Origin: Candidatus Latescibacterota bacterium
Lineage (GTDB): Bacteria; Latescibacterota; UBA2968; UBA8231
Direction of reading: 5' to 3'
DNA: 64,000 nucleotides
NCBI GenBank assembly: GCA_963422735.1
Contig: OY730476.1
Span: forward strand, 2,464,001-2,528,000
The notes under the pieces are model-generated. The model was not told the origin of the DNA, searched no databases, and saw only the letters and a program-made list of their open reading frames with translations. Both the position numbers and the translations under genes were made by a program. Below are positions 29,929 through 40,314 of the stretch, in pieces. How positions within the stretch are numbered: the stretch's first letter is position 1; each line of letters starts with the position of its first letter.

Positions 29929-30947
29929 AGGGTCGTTACCATGACCCAAAACGGCTGCTTGCCCACTTCGCAATCCGCGATGGGCTGTAGTGCGCCGCTG
30001 GTTGCATCGACTTGATAACAAGTCATGCGGTCGGCGGCTTCTCCGGCGCAGTACAGGTACGTGCCGGTCGGGTCGATGTTAAACGAGCGCGGGCTGGCCG
30101 GCACCGGGTAGTGCCCAAATGGGCTGAGCGCACCTGCGGCGTCGATGTGATAGCCGACGATGCTGTCGTGGCCGCGATTGGATGCGTAGCACCACCGGCC
30201 ATTGGGGTGGACTTCGACGTGGGCGGTGTTCCCGCCGTCGGCGTAGTCCGCGGGCAGGGTCGAAATGTCTTGGAAGATGGAGAGGGTGCCGCGCTCGGGG
30301 TCGAAGCGGTGGGCGGTTACTGTGTTGCCCTGTTCGTTGACGATGTACGCGACATCGCCGAGCGGGCGGAAGCATATATGTCGGGGGCCAGGCTCGCCCG
30401 CCGGCGGAGCCAGCACGGCCGGGTCGTTGGGCGAGAGTTGGCCGGTGCTGGCGTCGAAGCGGAACTGGCTGGTCTTGTTGTTGGGACAGACGTGGGGCAC
30501 AAAGACAAAGCGCTCGCCCTCGGTCAGCAAAACGGCGTGGGCCTTGGGGCCAGTGTCGATGCGCTGGACGAGGTCGCCGATGGCTCCGTCGTCGCCCAAG
30601 CGATGCACGGTGACGCCGCCGCCGGTGTAATAAGCGGTGAGGAGAAAGCGGCCAGTGCGGTCGGTAATGAGGTGGGCCGGGGTGTCAAGGCCGGTATCCA
30701 CCTTGTTGAGCAGGGTCAACTCGCCCGATGCGGTGTCGAGGTGGAAGCTAGCGAGGGTCGTGGACCCGACGTGGGCATCGTAGAGCACGGGGCGCGACGG
30801 ATGCAAAAAGAGCGCACCCGAAGGGCCATGTGCTGGGCTGGTGGCGCGCAGCTTTAGTTCGCCCGATTGGGGGTCGAGGTCGTAGAGTTTGATGGCTTCG
30901 TCGCCGGTGAGCGAGACAAAAACGACGGGTCGTTCTTGTGCGGTCAT
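29925..30947 (-). CDS. pgl: 6-phosphogluconolactonase (lactonase beta-propeller)
   Basis: GPRH, YIVNE, HPNGRWCYASNRGHDSI, PRSFNIDPTG. Confidence 0.8.
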   Translation of the reverse strand: MTAQERPVVFVSLTGDEAIKLYDLDPQSGELKLRATSPAHGPSGALFLHPSRPVLYDAHVGSTTLASFHLDTASGELTLLNKVDTGLDTPAHLITDRTGRFLLTAYYTGGGVTVHRLGDDGAIGDLVQRIDTGPKAHAVLLTEGERFVFVPHVCPNNKTSQFRFDASTGQLSPNDPAVLAPPAGEPGPRHICFRPLGDVAYIVNEQGNTVTAHRFDPERGTLSIFQDISTLPADYADGGNTAHVEVHPNGRWCYASNRGHDSIVGYHIDAAGALSPFGHYPVPASPRSFNIDPTGTYLYCAGEAADRMTCYQVDATSGALQPIADCEVGKQPFWVMVTTL

Positions 30948-30990
30948 TGAGGTTTGCTCCTTTGTGATTTTGTGCGAATAAGATAGCGGA

Positions 30991-31323
30991 TTACTGCGGT
31001 GGGGTCGCCGATGGCTCCGAGGAAGCCAATGGAGCCAGAGCCATCCTTACACATGCACATACCCCCTGCCAATCGCGGTCCGACAGATGACCAACAAACC
31101 AGGGTAGCTAGCAGGCGGCAGAGTAGCGAAAAAACTGCGAAAAACTGAGGGGACCCGCAAACCAGCCTGCGACCAATCCTGCAATACGTAGTCCGTAGCG
31201 GTTTGGCTCGTAATCAGGCCGCGAGGCATGATAAACCGGAGAGGAGATGACTACTGTCGGCCGGCGTTTGATGCCCGTTACACCAGGGAAGTCAAGCACC
31301 ACTAGGTCGCCCGGATTAAACAA
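30991..31323 (-). pseudogene. PemK/MazF family toxin, frameshifted
   Basis: PGDLVVLDFPG...KRRPTVVISS, then LITSQ...DWSQAGL and VGHLSDRDW in other frames. Confidence 0.8.
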
Positions 31324-31540
31324 GGTCCTCCTCCTCCTCCGGGTAGAGTTGTGCCGCATACTGTAAGGAGGCGGAGGTTAAGTCGCTTTGATCTTGTTCG
31401 CTCCAAGTGTCACTTCGGTCCACAACAACAACTTCGGCCTGTGCCAACTCCTGTAAAATGAGTGCTGCGAGACGAAACTGCTCGCTCGGTGATAGGGCGC
31501 GAACGGTTTCGGTGAAGACTTCTTGTGCGGTCGAGGTCCT
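31316..31540 (-). pseudogene. putative antitoxin with AGG at the expected start codon
   Basis: 74-codon frame TSTAQEVFTETVRALSPSEQFRLAALIL...WSEQDQSDL...EEEEDLV overlapping the toxin start. Confidence 0.6.
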
Positions 31541-31696
31541 GTTGATTTCTCTCAGAAGGCGTTTTTAGCGATTCTTCGGTTGTCTATTTCAGTTCTCTAA
31601 ACTATGGATAGGAGTTCCCGACAGAAACAGAATGTTCACACTCGTAACAGAAGCGTATTAAAATAGATTCAACCTCAACGAACGGCTATCCCATCC

Positions 31697-32893
31697 ATGA
31701 CCACTCCGCGACGCCAGGCGACGATCATCGTGCTCTTCAGTGCGTTGACGGTCCTCGCCAGCATGGGGATCCGCCAGTCGTTTGGCCTCTTTCTACAGCC
31801 GATTAGCGACAGCTTGAGCTTGGGGCGCGAAGTATTCAGCTTGGCCATAGCACTGCAAAACGTGGTCTTTGGTCTGCCCTTGTTCGGGATAATCGCCGAC
31901 CGCTATGGCGCGCGGTGGGTCGTGCTAGGGGGTGCGCTGCTCTACGCGGCCGGGTGCCTGCTGGTGCCGGCTAGCAGCGGCCCGCTCGGCTTGTATCTAA
32001 CGCTGGGCCTCGTCATCGGGTTGGGGCTTGGCAGCACGACGTATGTGATCGTGCTGGGAGCCGTCGCCCGCGTCGTCCATCCCGCGAACCGCAGCACGGC
32101 GTTTGGCATCGTCACTGCGGCCGGATCGTTTGGGACCTTCGCCTTAGTACCCGGGGTGCAGTGGGTGATTGTCCACGCGGGTTGGCAAGCGTCCTTTGTG
32201 ATCAGCGCGGCCCTAATCGGCTGGATTGTGCTGTTGGCCTTTGGCTTTCCGCGCCGCCCCAGTACGCACGCGGCCCGGCCACACAGGGAGGGTACGCTGC
32301 TGCAAGTGCTGGTCAGAGCGCGGGGCCATTCGGGCTACTGGCTGCTCAACGCGGGTTTCTTCGTCTGCGGCTTCCACGTCGCCTTTATCGCCACGCACCT
32401 GCCTTCGTTCCTCACCGACAACGGCCTGTCGCGCATGACCGGAGCCACGGCCTTGTCGCTGATTGGCCTATGCAACATCTTCGGCTCGTCTTTGTTCGGC
32501 TGGCTGGGCGACCGCTACCGCAAAAAATATCTGTTGAGTGCGCTCTACCTCAGCCGCGCCGTGGTCATCGGCTTGTTTCTTTTCGTCCCCCTGACCAGTG
32601 TTTCCGCTTTGCTCTTCGGCGGCCTAATCGGCTTCTTGTGGCTGGCCACCGTGCCGTTGACCAGCGGAACCGTGGCGCAGATATTCGGGGTGCGCTACTT
32701 GTCAACGCTGTACGGCATTGTCTTTTTCAGTCATCAGGCCGGCAGTTTCTTGGGCGTCTGGCTAGCGGGCCTGCTCTACGACGCGACTGGGTCGTACGAT
32801 CCCGTCTGGTGGCTGGCGATTGTCCTCGGCGTGGCGGCTGCGCTGCTCCACCTGCCGATTGCCGACCTGCCGATTGAGGACGAATCCCGCTAG
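31697..32893 (+). CDS. MFS transporter
   Basis: GIIADRYGAR and GWLGDRYRKK motif A, about 12 TM segments, GFFVCGFHV. Confidence 0.92.
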   Translation: MTTPRRQATIIVLFSALTVLASMGIRQSFGLFLQPISDSLSLGREVFSLAIALQNVVFGLPLFGIIADRYGARWVVLGGALLYAAGCLLVPASSGPLGLYLTLGLVIGLGLGSTTYVIVLGAVARVVHPANRSTAFGIVTAAGSFGTFALVPGVQWVIVHAGWQASFVISAALIGWIVLLAFGFPRRPSTHAARPHREGTLLQVLVRARGHSGYWLLNAGFFVCGFHVAFIATHLPSFLTDNGLSRMTGATALSLIGLCNIFGSSLFGWLGDRYRKKYLLSALYLSRAVVIGLFLFVPLTSVSALLFGGLIGFLWLATVPLTSGTVAQIFGVRYLSTLYGIVFFSHQAGSFLGVWLAGLLYDATGSYDPVWWLAIVLGVAAALLHLPIADLPIEDESR

Positions 32894-32921
32894 TCAAATT
32901 TTGGCTTAAAGGAGGCTATAA

Positions 32922-33066
32922 ATGTCCGCTTTAGTCGCAAGCATAATTAGCCTGAAGGGCGGCGTTGGCAAGAGTACCTTGACTATGATGCTGGGGAGTT
33001 CTTGGCCTATCGCCACTCGCAAAACGTCTTCCTCATCGACATGGACGCTCAAGCCAATTTGAGTTT
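32922..33066 (+). pseudogene. ParA family ATPase N-terminal fragment
   Basis: RBS AAGGAGG; LKGGVGKST deviant Walker A; LIDMDAQANLS after a frameshift. Confidence 0.75.
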
Positions 33067-33216
33067 CCCTCGGCCTCGACCGGGAAATGCGTCTCTTATC
33101 CATCACCGTCTCGCCTCGCAAAGTCCGGCAGCGACGCAAGTTGCCCTCCTTTGTCGGCGACACCCAATCCGACGTCGCCCTCCGCCACGACGAATACTTG
33201 GCCGAACAGGATCCTC

Positions 33217-33627
33217 ATGCCTCTTCCTGAAAAGATTATCATAGACACGTCCGCCTTCTACGCCCTCGTTTCGGCCAAAGACGCCTTTCACAGTAGGGCG
33301 GCTGGCACCTAGGAGCAGCTAATCGACCGGGAACAGGAGATCTGGATTACGGCCTACGTCTTGGTGGAAACCATAGCCTTGGTTCACCGACACCTCGGCT
33401 TAGGTATTCTTGCGGAATTCGCGAAGGGAGTCGATGGAACGGTAAGAATCTTCTGGGTTGAGAGTGCCATCCACAAGCAGGCGTTGAGCCAATTGACGGC
33501 AAGCCAAGGTGCCGGTCTGAGTTTCGTGGATTGGACGGTGGAGCTAGTCTCCCGGATACTCAACGCGCACATCTTCACTTTCGACCGCGGCTTCGCCGAG
33601 TGCAGCCTTCCCGTCATTCCTCGCTGA
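33217..33627 (+). pseudogene. PIN/VapC toxin with in-frame TAG at 33310-33312, preceded by an antitoxin remnant
   Basis: IIIDTSAFYAL...*...VLVET...LSFVD...IFTFDRGF; upstream SDVALRHDEYLAE. Confidence 0.85.
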
Positions 33628-33780
33628 TCCGCCCTGCGATAGAATACGTCCGAGCCCCTAGCGCACACCAACGCACAGACCGTCGGGGCGGATCAGCGCG
33701 TCGGCCCTAAACCGGCCCCAGCTTTCCTTTCGCCCATCGCAATTATCAACGCAAGCGAACTCAACACACAGGAGGACGTT

Positions 33781-34320
33781 ATGGCTGCTAGCTTCAAGGA
33801 ACTCACGAACTTTTTCAGGGAAATTGGTGCTGCCGAAGTAGGGCATACCAACAAGACCTACTTGGCCCACTGCATCGGCGTGTACGGAGACATGAAGAAG
33901 TGGGGAGGCGACGATGTGATGTGCCACGCCGCGCTCTTTCACTCCATATACGGCACCGAGCTTTTCCAAGATTTTGCCCTGCCTGTTGAGCACCGCGATC
34001 AAGTGCAGGCACTCATCGGCGAGCGGGCCGAATACTTGGCGTACGTCAATTGCGCCATGGTGCGCGACACCTTCGATGCCGCGGTGGAGCAGCATAGTGC
34101 TCCCTACGTGCTCCAAGACCGCTTGACCGGCGATTCCATCGAGATGACCGAGCCGGACCTCAACGATCTAGTAACGATCCACCTGTGCGACTGGCTGGAG
34201 CAGGTGGCGCGGTGGGGCCAATGGGACTATCGCCGCGCCGCATTTGAGCGCATGGCCCAGCGCTTGGGCGGCATCGCCGAGGAGCGGTTCGCCGAGGTTT
34301 TCGCTGGCCGCCTCAAATAG
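33781..34320 (+). CDS. DUF6817-like HD-fold protein
   Basis: HTNKTYLAHC...AALFHSIYGTE...IGERAE; RBS AGGAGG. Confidence 0.75.
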   Translation: MAASFKELTNFFREIGAAEVGHTNKTYLAHCIGVYGDMKKWGGDDVMCHAALFHSIYGTELFQDFALPVEHRDQVQALIGERAEYLAYVNCAMVRDTFDAAVEQHSAPYVLQDRLTGDSIEMTEPDLNDLVTIHLCDWLEQVARWGQWDYRRAAFERMAQRLGGIAEERFAEVFAGRLK

Positions 34321-35806
34321 ACACCGAGAACAGCTTGGCTTTGTACAGGTGAAAGCGGAGGCCGACGTTTTCGCCCGCGAGGGCCGCTAGGCCGGCTTGG
34401 CCCCGCCAGTGCGCGGCCTCGGAGATGGAATCACCCGTGAGAGGATCGGCCTCGGCGAGCGAGAAGCCGGGGTGGGCTTCTACGGGCTGGGGAGGCGTGT
34501 GAATGGTCTGGACGATTTCGGCCTTGACCCAGCCGTCAGGGGCCGTGCGAAAGTTGAGCAGCAACTCACGGCCGCAGCAGGGCCGCTCGATGAGCGTGAC
34601 TCGGCCCTCGCCTTTGGCTTCTATTCCCGCGAGCCGATCCGGTTCCCAACAGGCCCAGCGAAATTCCCCGTCCTCGGGGTAGGTAGCACCGCGGTGGAGG
34701 AAATCGTGGCGGCGATGATAACCCCTAAAAGGCAGCCTCCAAGTGCCGTTGGCGGCGATGAGATTCGGGCTGGCGTAGAGCTGGCCGTACGTTCCCCCCT
34801 CATAGGCGCGGTCGATGAGAGGCTGGCGGAAGGGCCGAATCCATTGGTGGTTATCGCGGCTAACCGCGAGCTGGACATCGACCGTAGAGGCGATCCGATG
34901 GTACACCGATGGAAACATCAAGTAGCGCGGCTGCGTACCGGGGTACGGCGTGTAGCAGGGGTTGTAGATGTCGTCGTCAAGCGCGTCTAACGGGTCGGGC
35001 AGGAGGCAGGGGTGCGGATCGGCCAAGGATTCAAACTGAGCGCCCGAGACGCGGCGCACCAAGCGTCGGCGGTCGATATGGCCGCGCAAGTACGCCACGT
35101 ATTGCCCTTGGTGGGGATCGTAAACGCAGAGGTTGTGGGTGTCTAGCTGGGTCGCGCCGGCGTCAAAGACGGGCGCGCTGAGGTTCTGCCAGTGGATGCC
35201 GTCGGAAGAGGTCGCGCCGAGGAGCTGCTGCCGAATCTCAATCCCTCGGGCCTTTTCCCCGGCCGACACATCGCCCAAGTCGCGGGCCACGAGCAGGGCC
35301 TTGAAGCGCACGGAGTCTATTTCCGGGTCGGGCTGGCCGTCGCGGAAGTAGCGCGCCCCCGGGCCGACGGCCTTATAGCGCTCGGCCGCCGGGGCACTGG
35401 GGTCGATGAACACCCAACCGAGGGGATGGTCGCGGCCCGCGCTAATGATGTTGTTGCAGGTAGAGCCTTCGTACTCGCACAATCCCAGATCCGGCCGCTG
35501 TCAGGTAAAGCCGTCGTCGCTTTCGGCGTAGCAGATATATGTGCGCGCGATGTCGTCCAAGCGTTGCACGCCGTACCAGAGGCGATAGCACCCTTTTTCA
35601 TGGAGCATGGCGTTGATGTGGAGGTTGGCTCCTTGCTCCCAAGGACGCTCCTTGTGGAAGAATACCGCGGATTTGTGCGCCAGTTCGGGCGCGAGTTCAA
35701 TGCCTTGGGGCGGGTCCTGCGACCAGACGGTGCCATCGTCTTCGAGCTTGCGGTGGGAGGCCCAGATGCCGTACCAGTCGAGAAAGGGCGTGGGTTGGGG
35801 TTGCAT
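34313..35806 (-). pseudogene. five-bladed propeller glycoside-hydrolase-like protein with in-frame TGA at 35501-35503
   Basis: YAESDDGFT*QRPDLG (Trp expected), SSDGIHW, VSRDNHQW; both track ORFs share one frame. Confidence 0.75.
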
Positions 35807-35812
35807 GGTGAA

Positions 35813-36844
35813 CTAACTCCGGGAGTTTGCGCCGATTAGGTCGCTGAGGAGGACCAATTCGCCGCCGCTTTCGGCCGAGGCATTGGCCCCCAAGACGGCG
35901 GCTAGGCTGTTGAGGGAAGGGACGTAGGGGCTGCGCGGCATGGAGGGATCGCCGGCTTGGACGGCGGCGATAAAGGCGCGGGCTTGGGAGAAGAAAGCAC
36001 CGCGGGATTGCGGCTTTTCTTGGGCCTTCCACACCACCTCGCCGTTTTCCCGTATTTGTTGCGGATTCCACTCGATGATCGAGTCGTCGCTGACGACGAG
36101 GATTTCGCGCCTAGCGCAATCGACGTTGCTCATTACCCGCGAGACGCTGGCGTTGGCGGTCAAGCGCCCCTTGAAGCGGTAGTTGACGTTGTACACGTGG
36201 GGCAGATTCATCGGCTCAATGCGCTCGGCGGGCAGGGATTCGACGTAGAAGGCCGAGACCGCCTCAATGTCGCCGAGAAAGTAGCGCAACAGATCGACGC
36301 TGTGGATGGTGTTTTCGACGAAGGAGCCACCGCAGAGTTCGTAGCGGCTGGTCCAGTAGCGGATGGGCTGACCGCTGTAGAAGTTTTGGATCTGGGCGTG
36401 GCGCGGAGTGCGCTTCTGCAATAGCTCTAAGGTCGGCGCGGAAGCAGGCTCGTAGCGATAGACGAAACCGACTTGGGATACGATGCCAGCTTTTTCAACC
36501 GAGGCGTTGAATTCGACGACTTGCGCTAGGTCGAGGGTCTGTGGCTTTTCGACGAAGAGGGCGACGCCTTGGTCAGCGGAGATGAGCACCTCGTCGGTGT
36601 GTGCAGTCGGTGGAATGCACAAGTAAACCGCGTCAAGTTCCTGCTTTGCGAACATTTGGTGGTGATCGGTATAGGTCGAACGAGGCTTATAGAGGGCAGC
36701 TTGTTCGCGGAGGGTTTCCTCGCTTTTGTCGCAAAATGCCTCGAAGACGACTTGGCCTTCCTCGGCGAGGGCAGCTAACGCGGGTAGGTGTGCCCTTTGG
36801 GTGATCCAGCCGAGGCCGATGCAGCCGACGCGGACAGGTTTCAT
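35813..36844 (-). CDS. Gfo/Idh/MocA family oxidoreductase
   Basis: VGCIGLGWI, FVEKP, ENTIHSVD. Confidence 0.9.
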   Translation of the reverse strand: MKPVRVGCIGLGWITQRAHLPALAALAEEGQVVFEAFCDKSEETLREQAALYKPRSTYTDHHQMFAKQELDAVYLCIPPTAHTDEVLISADQGVALFVEKPQTLDLAQVVEFNASVEKAGIVSQVGFVYRYEPASAPTLELLQKRTPRHAQIQNFYSGQPIRYWTSRYELCGGSFVENTIHSVDLLRYFLGDIEAVSAFYVESLPAERIEPMNLPHVYNVNYRFKGRLTANASVSRVMSNVDCARREILVVSDDSIIEWNPQQIRENGEVVWKAQEKPQSRGAFFSQARAFIAAVQAGDPSMPRSPYVPSLNSLAAVLGANASAESGGELVLLSDLIGANSRS

Positions 36845-37602
36845 CAAAACGGCTCCTTTTGGAAACCCAAGCCTTTAAGCTTGGGAGGAAAAAGGTAGCG
36901 CACCGATAGGCCCCTCTCAGGTTAGGTGACGGCTGGGCTAAAACGAAGTGGTGGACCGAACGGTCCAGCCCATCGGCGCGCATTCCGATGTGGTGATGTT
37001 TTACCGAACATTGGGGACTTTTTTACTGGACGCGGTGTGGCAAGAACGGTATCTGTATGAACGTCGCTTGAGATGGCAATTCCCAACTTTTCGACATCGA
37101 CTTTCGCGTGTGCGGTGGCAATTGCCGCACATGCACCCCTCGCCTACGCAGGGGCAGGCATTGAAGCGTCTATGCGCCTCTTTCAGTTTAAGAAGCGGTC
37201 TTAAAATTCCTCGTGCCGCCCGTTGTGCTAAGGAAAGTGTCTCGCTCCATGAAAAACGCTCGATGCGAAGGCCGCTGGACGACTCTTCAGGCGACCTAAC
37301 GGGAATTTTCAGACCGCTTCTAAGATGTGCCTCAGTCGTCGTCAGCATTGATTGGCGACTACGCGAACATCTGGAACCACTTTGTCGAACTTTCGCGTCG
37401 CTACTACTTGCGATATGGCAAGCACCTCGGCTACTATCGGGCCGCAACGCACCTACCAAGCTGAAGAAGACGCGTGGTGGAAAGACTTGGACGCCTCGAC
37501 CGCAGCTATCAGTCGTTCTTCAAGCGCATTACCAAACGGCCGTGCCGCTGATGGGACAATCCCAATCCTCAGGCTTGGGTATCACTGAATTGCAATTCCT
37601 TC

Positions 37603-38502
37603 TCAAGGGGTGGCTTCGATGCGGGCGATGAGATCGGGAGACAAGTAGCGGCCGTCGGAAACGGCAGCGGAGACTTCGAGTTCGCCTATTGTTGCAGCAC
37701 CGGTGAGTAGCACCGAGACTTGGGGGTCCGACAGCAAGTAGCGCAGCCCGTGGTCGGGCATGTCGCCGGGTTCGTCGGCGAGCAGGGCTTCGATTTTTTC
37801 GAGTTTGGGATACAGCTCGGCAAAGCGGCCGGCCTCCTTCCAAGCGTCGCGCTTGGAGCCGAGCAGGCCGGCGTGCAGCGGCGAGGCGAGGATGATGGCG
37901 ATGTCGCGGGCAGCCGCGGTGGGCAGGAGGGTCTCCTTAGCCGTCTGCACCAGCAGGTCGTATTTGAGAAAGGTGATCACCGAGACAAAGGCGTCGGACT
38001 CGGCGAGGGCATCGCGCATTAGCACGAGGTCCGAGCCAGTGAGCCCAATGTGTTGTGCGAGTCCTTGCTCGCGAATTTCGAGCATGGTCTCTAGGGCGCG
38101 CCCCCGGCCGAATATCCCTTCCCAGCCTGCCTGCTCGGCCTCGTGGAGTTGCAGAAGGTCCACTGAGTCGCGCTGCAAGCGCAGGAGACTAGCCTCAAAT
38201 CCCCGCCACACTGCGTCGCGAGTGTAGCCGAAGGGCGCGGGATAATAGCCTACCTTGGTCGCCAGATAATAGGGCGCGTCAACGCCTTTGAGAGCGTGGC
38301 CGAAGACCTTTTCGCTGCGGCCTTGGCCGTAGAGCGGGGCGGTGTCAAAATAATTGATGCCGAGCTGAAGGGCGCGCTCGACCATGGCGACCCCGTGCGC
38401 CACTGGCAGGAGGCCGTATTCCGGGCGTCCGTAGAACCAAGACCCGCCCATGGCGATTTCGCTGACTTGCCAGTTCGTTTTGCCGAATCGTCGGTATCGC
38501 AC
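37603..38502 (-). CDS. aldo/keto reductase
   Basis: RYRRFGKT..VSEI, GINYFDTAPLYG, ATKVG, DLLQLHE; GTG start. Confidence 0.92.
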   Translation of the reverse strand: MRYRRFGKTNWQVSEIAMGGSWFYGRPEYGLLPVAHGVAMVERALQLGINYFDTAPLYGQGRSEKVFGHALKGVDAPYYLATKVGYYPAPFGYTRDAVWRGFEASLLRLQRDSVDLLQLHEAEQAGWEGIFGRGRALETMLEIREQGLAQHIGLTGSDLVLMRDALAESDAFVSVITFLKYDLLVQTAKETLLPTAAARDIAIILASPLHAGLLGSKRDAWKEAGRFAELYPKLEKIEALLADEPGDMPDHGLRYLLSDPQVSVLLTGAATIGELEVSAAVSDGRYLSPDLIARIEATP

Positions 38503-38591
38503 ACGCGCTCCGCTGTTGAGGCTAAATGGAATGGAGTAACTTAGACACAGCGACGACCGACCGCCACTTTTCCACTCACTTGGAGACAACG

Positions 38592-39380
38592 ATGCGCTAC
38601 AGCTATATGGTAATCGACTTTGCGGATCTCGGGGACGATTTCGCCGCTGGGTTGGGCTTCATCCGGGCCTGCGGGTACGAAGGCGTCGAGTTGAACCTGA
38701 CGCCCACGGTGCTCGGTCAATTAGACGCGATCGAGCACTCGGTGGAGGCGTGCGGCTTGGTGGTGCCGTCACTTTTGACCGGAGCCGCCTATGCCGAGGG
38801 GCTGTGCTTGAGCGTAGCCGACTCGCATCGTCGCGCCGGTGCTGTCGCTAGGCTGCGGGAGTATTTGTCGATTGCCCGGCGTTTCAACGCCATCCTCGTC
38901 GTGGGACTTTTGCAGGGCTTGCGCGAGGACGAGCCCGACGCCAAGATGGCCAACGAGCGCATTGCGGCAGGCCTGCGCGAAGTGGGCTTGGCCGCCCAGG
39001 ACGCTGGCGTGGGCTTGGTCGTCGAGCCGATCAATCACCTGCAAGTGGGGTTTAACAATTCCGTGGGCGAGGTACGCGCCCTGATTGAGCGCATTGGTAT
39101 GCCGACTTTTAGGCCAATGGTCGATACGATCCACATGAACATTGAAGAACGGTCGTTGACCCAGCCCATTTTCGACTGCGGTAGTGCGCTGCGGCACGTC
39201 CACTTGTGCGAGAGCAACGGCGGCGTACTAGGCAGCGGTCACATCGACTTCAAGGCCGTGATCGCGGCCTTGGACGCCATCGGCTACGCGGGTTTTGCCT
39301 CGGTTAAGGTCTATCGCCAGGCCAGCTTGCGCGAAGCCGCGCCCGCGAGCTTGGCGCACTTGCGCGGGCTAGCCGGCTAG
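38592..39380 (+). CDS. sugar phosphate isomerase/epimerase (xylose-isomerase-like TIM barrel)
   Basis: GYEGVEL, VEPINH, DTIHMNIEE, HVHLCESN. Confidence 0.9.
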   Translation: MRYSYMVIDFADLGDDFAAGLGFIRACGYEGVELNLTPTVLGQLDAIEHSVEACGLVVPSLLTGAAYAEGLCLSVADSHRRAGAVARLREYLSIARRFNAILVVGLLQGLREDEPDAKMANERIAAGLREVGLAAQDAGVGLVVEPINHLQVGFNNSVGEVRALIERIGMPTFRPMVDTIHMNIEERSLTQPIFDCGSALRHVHLCESNGGVLGSGHIDFKAVIAALDAIGYAGFASVKVYRQASLREAAPASLAHLRGLAG

Positions 39381-39742
39381 CGGGCCGCCCAATACCCGAC
39401 GAATACAGCGGGAATCCCCAGCAGCAGTTGCAGCCCAATGTGGAGTAAGGCGGCCGGTACCTGGCCCGTGCGCAGTATGTGAGCGGTTTCGTAGGCCACG
39501 GATGAAAAAGTGGTGAAGCCGCTGAGGAGGCCGACGAAGAGGAATAGACGAAGCTGGGGGCCTAGGTATTGACGTTCTTCGGCCAAGCCCCCCAAAAAGC
39601 CAATGACTAGGCAGCCGACCACGTTGACCACGAGGGTGGCGTAGAGCGGGGTACCCAACAGGCGCTGGGTACCCAATGAAACCAAGTAGCGCAGCACGGC
39701 CCCGAGAAAGCCGCCGCAGCCTACCAGTAGAATGCGATCCAT
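39377..39742 (-). CDS. crcB: fluoride channel FluC/CrcB
   Basis: GGFLGAVLRY, TLVVNVVGC, GLLSGFTTFSS. Confidence 0.95.
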   Translation of the reverse strand: MDRILLVGCGGFLGAVLRYLVSLGTQRLLGTPLYATLVVNVVGCLVIGFLGGLAEERQYLGPQLRLFLFVGLLSGFTTFSSVAYETAHILRTGQVPAALLHIGLQLLLGIPAVFVGYWAAR

Positions 39743-40314
39743 GACGAGCTAACAACGGCATCGCCCTTCGCGCGGGCAAGTTTTCGCTGGAAGCTGGCCG
39801 CCGATACGACCGCTGGCACTCCCTGCAAAAGGCCTAGTCCGCAGTCTCGCACACCACAGCTATTTCCAGCTTTTCGACGACGAGCTGCGGCGCATCGGAT
39901 ACCCGCCCCTGTGCGCTAGCACCCTAGCCCGCGGCGATGAGTGGCCGCGACGACTTGGACGACGATGTCCGTCCCTTCGTCAGCCCACTTTTGATAGATC
40001 GGGTGGTCGTACCGCGGCAAGTGCTGGCTCGGATAGGGCACTCCCAGTTTCACCAAATGCTGTCGATCTGCGACCCGAGCGCGTCGGCAAACTCGAACAG
40101 ATGCTCCACGAGATCGGGCCGATCCAGGTCGCGGCGATGCTGCACATTAATCGCAAAGGTCACGTCAAAATTAAGCAACGAAGACATCTAGGAAACTGTC
40201 GTTATCGCAATCGACGAAGACAGCGGTCATACCAAGATACGGCACACTTGCCACGCCTAGTCCTGCGGCGACTACGAGGCGGCGGCGAGATGGATGGGCA
40301 TAGGAGGATGCTTT

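Noticed and set aside
9129-35503. Stop-codon recoding suggested by in-frame TAG (9129, 33310) and TGA (35501)
   Set aside because: TAG and TGA end many intact genes here, the expected residues differ (Tyr versus Trp), and frameshift pseudogenes are equally common.
36948-37631. 227-aa ORF and overlapping ORFs
   Set aside because: No recognisable motifs and atypical composition; probably a decayed gene that I cannot assign.
39830-40310. Short ORFs between crcB and the deacetylase
   Set aside because: Fragmentary, with no assignable family.
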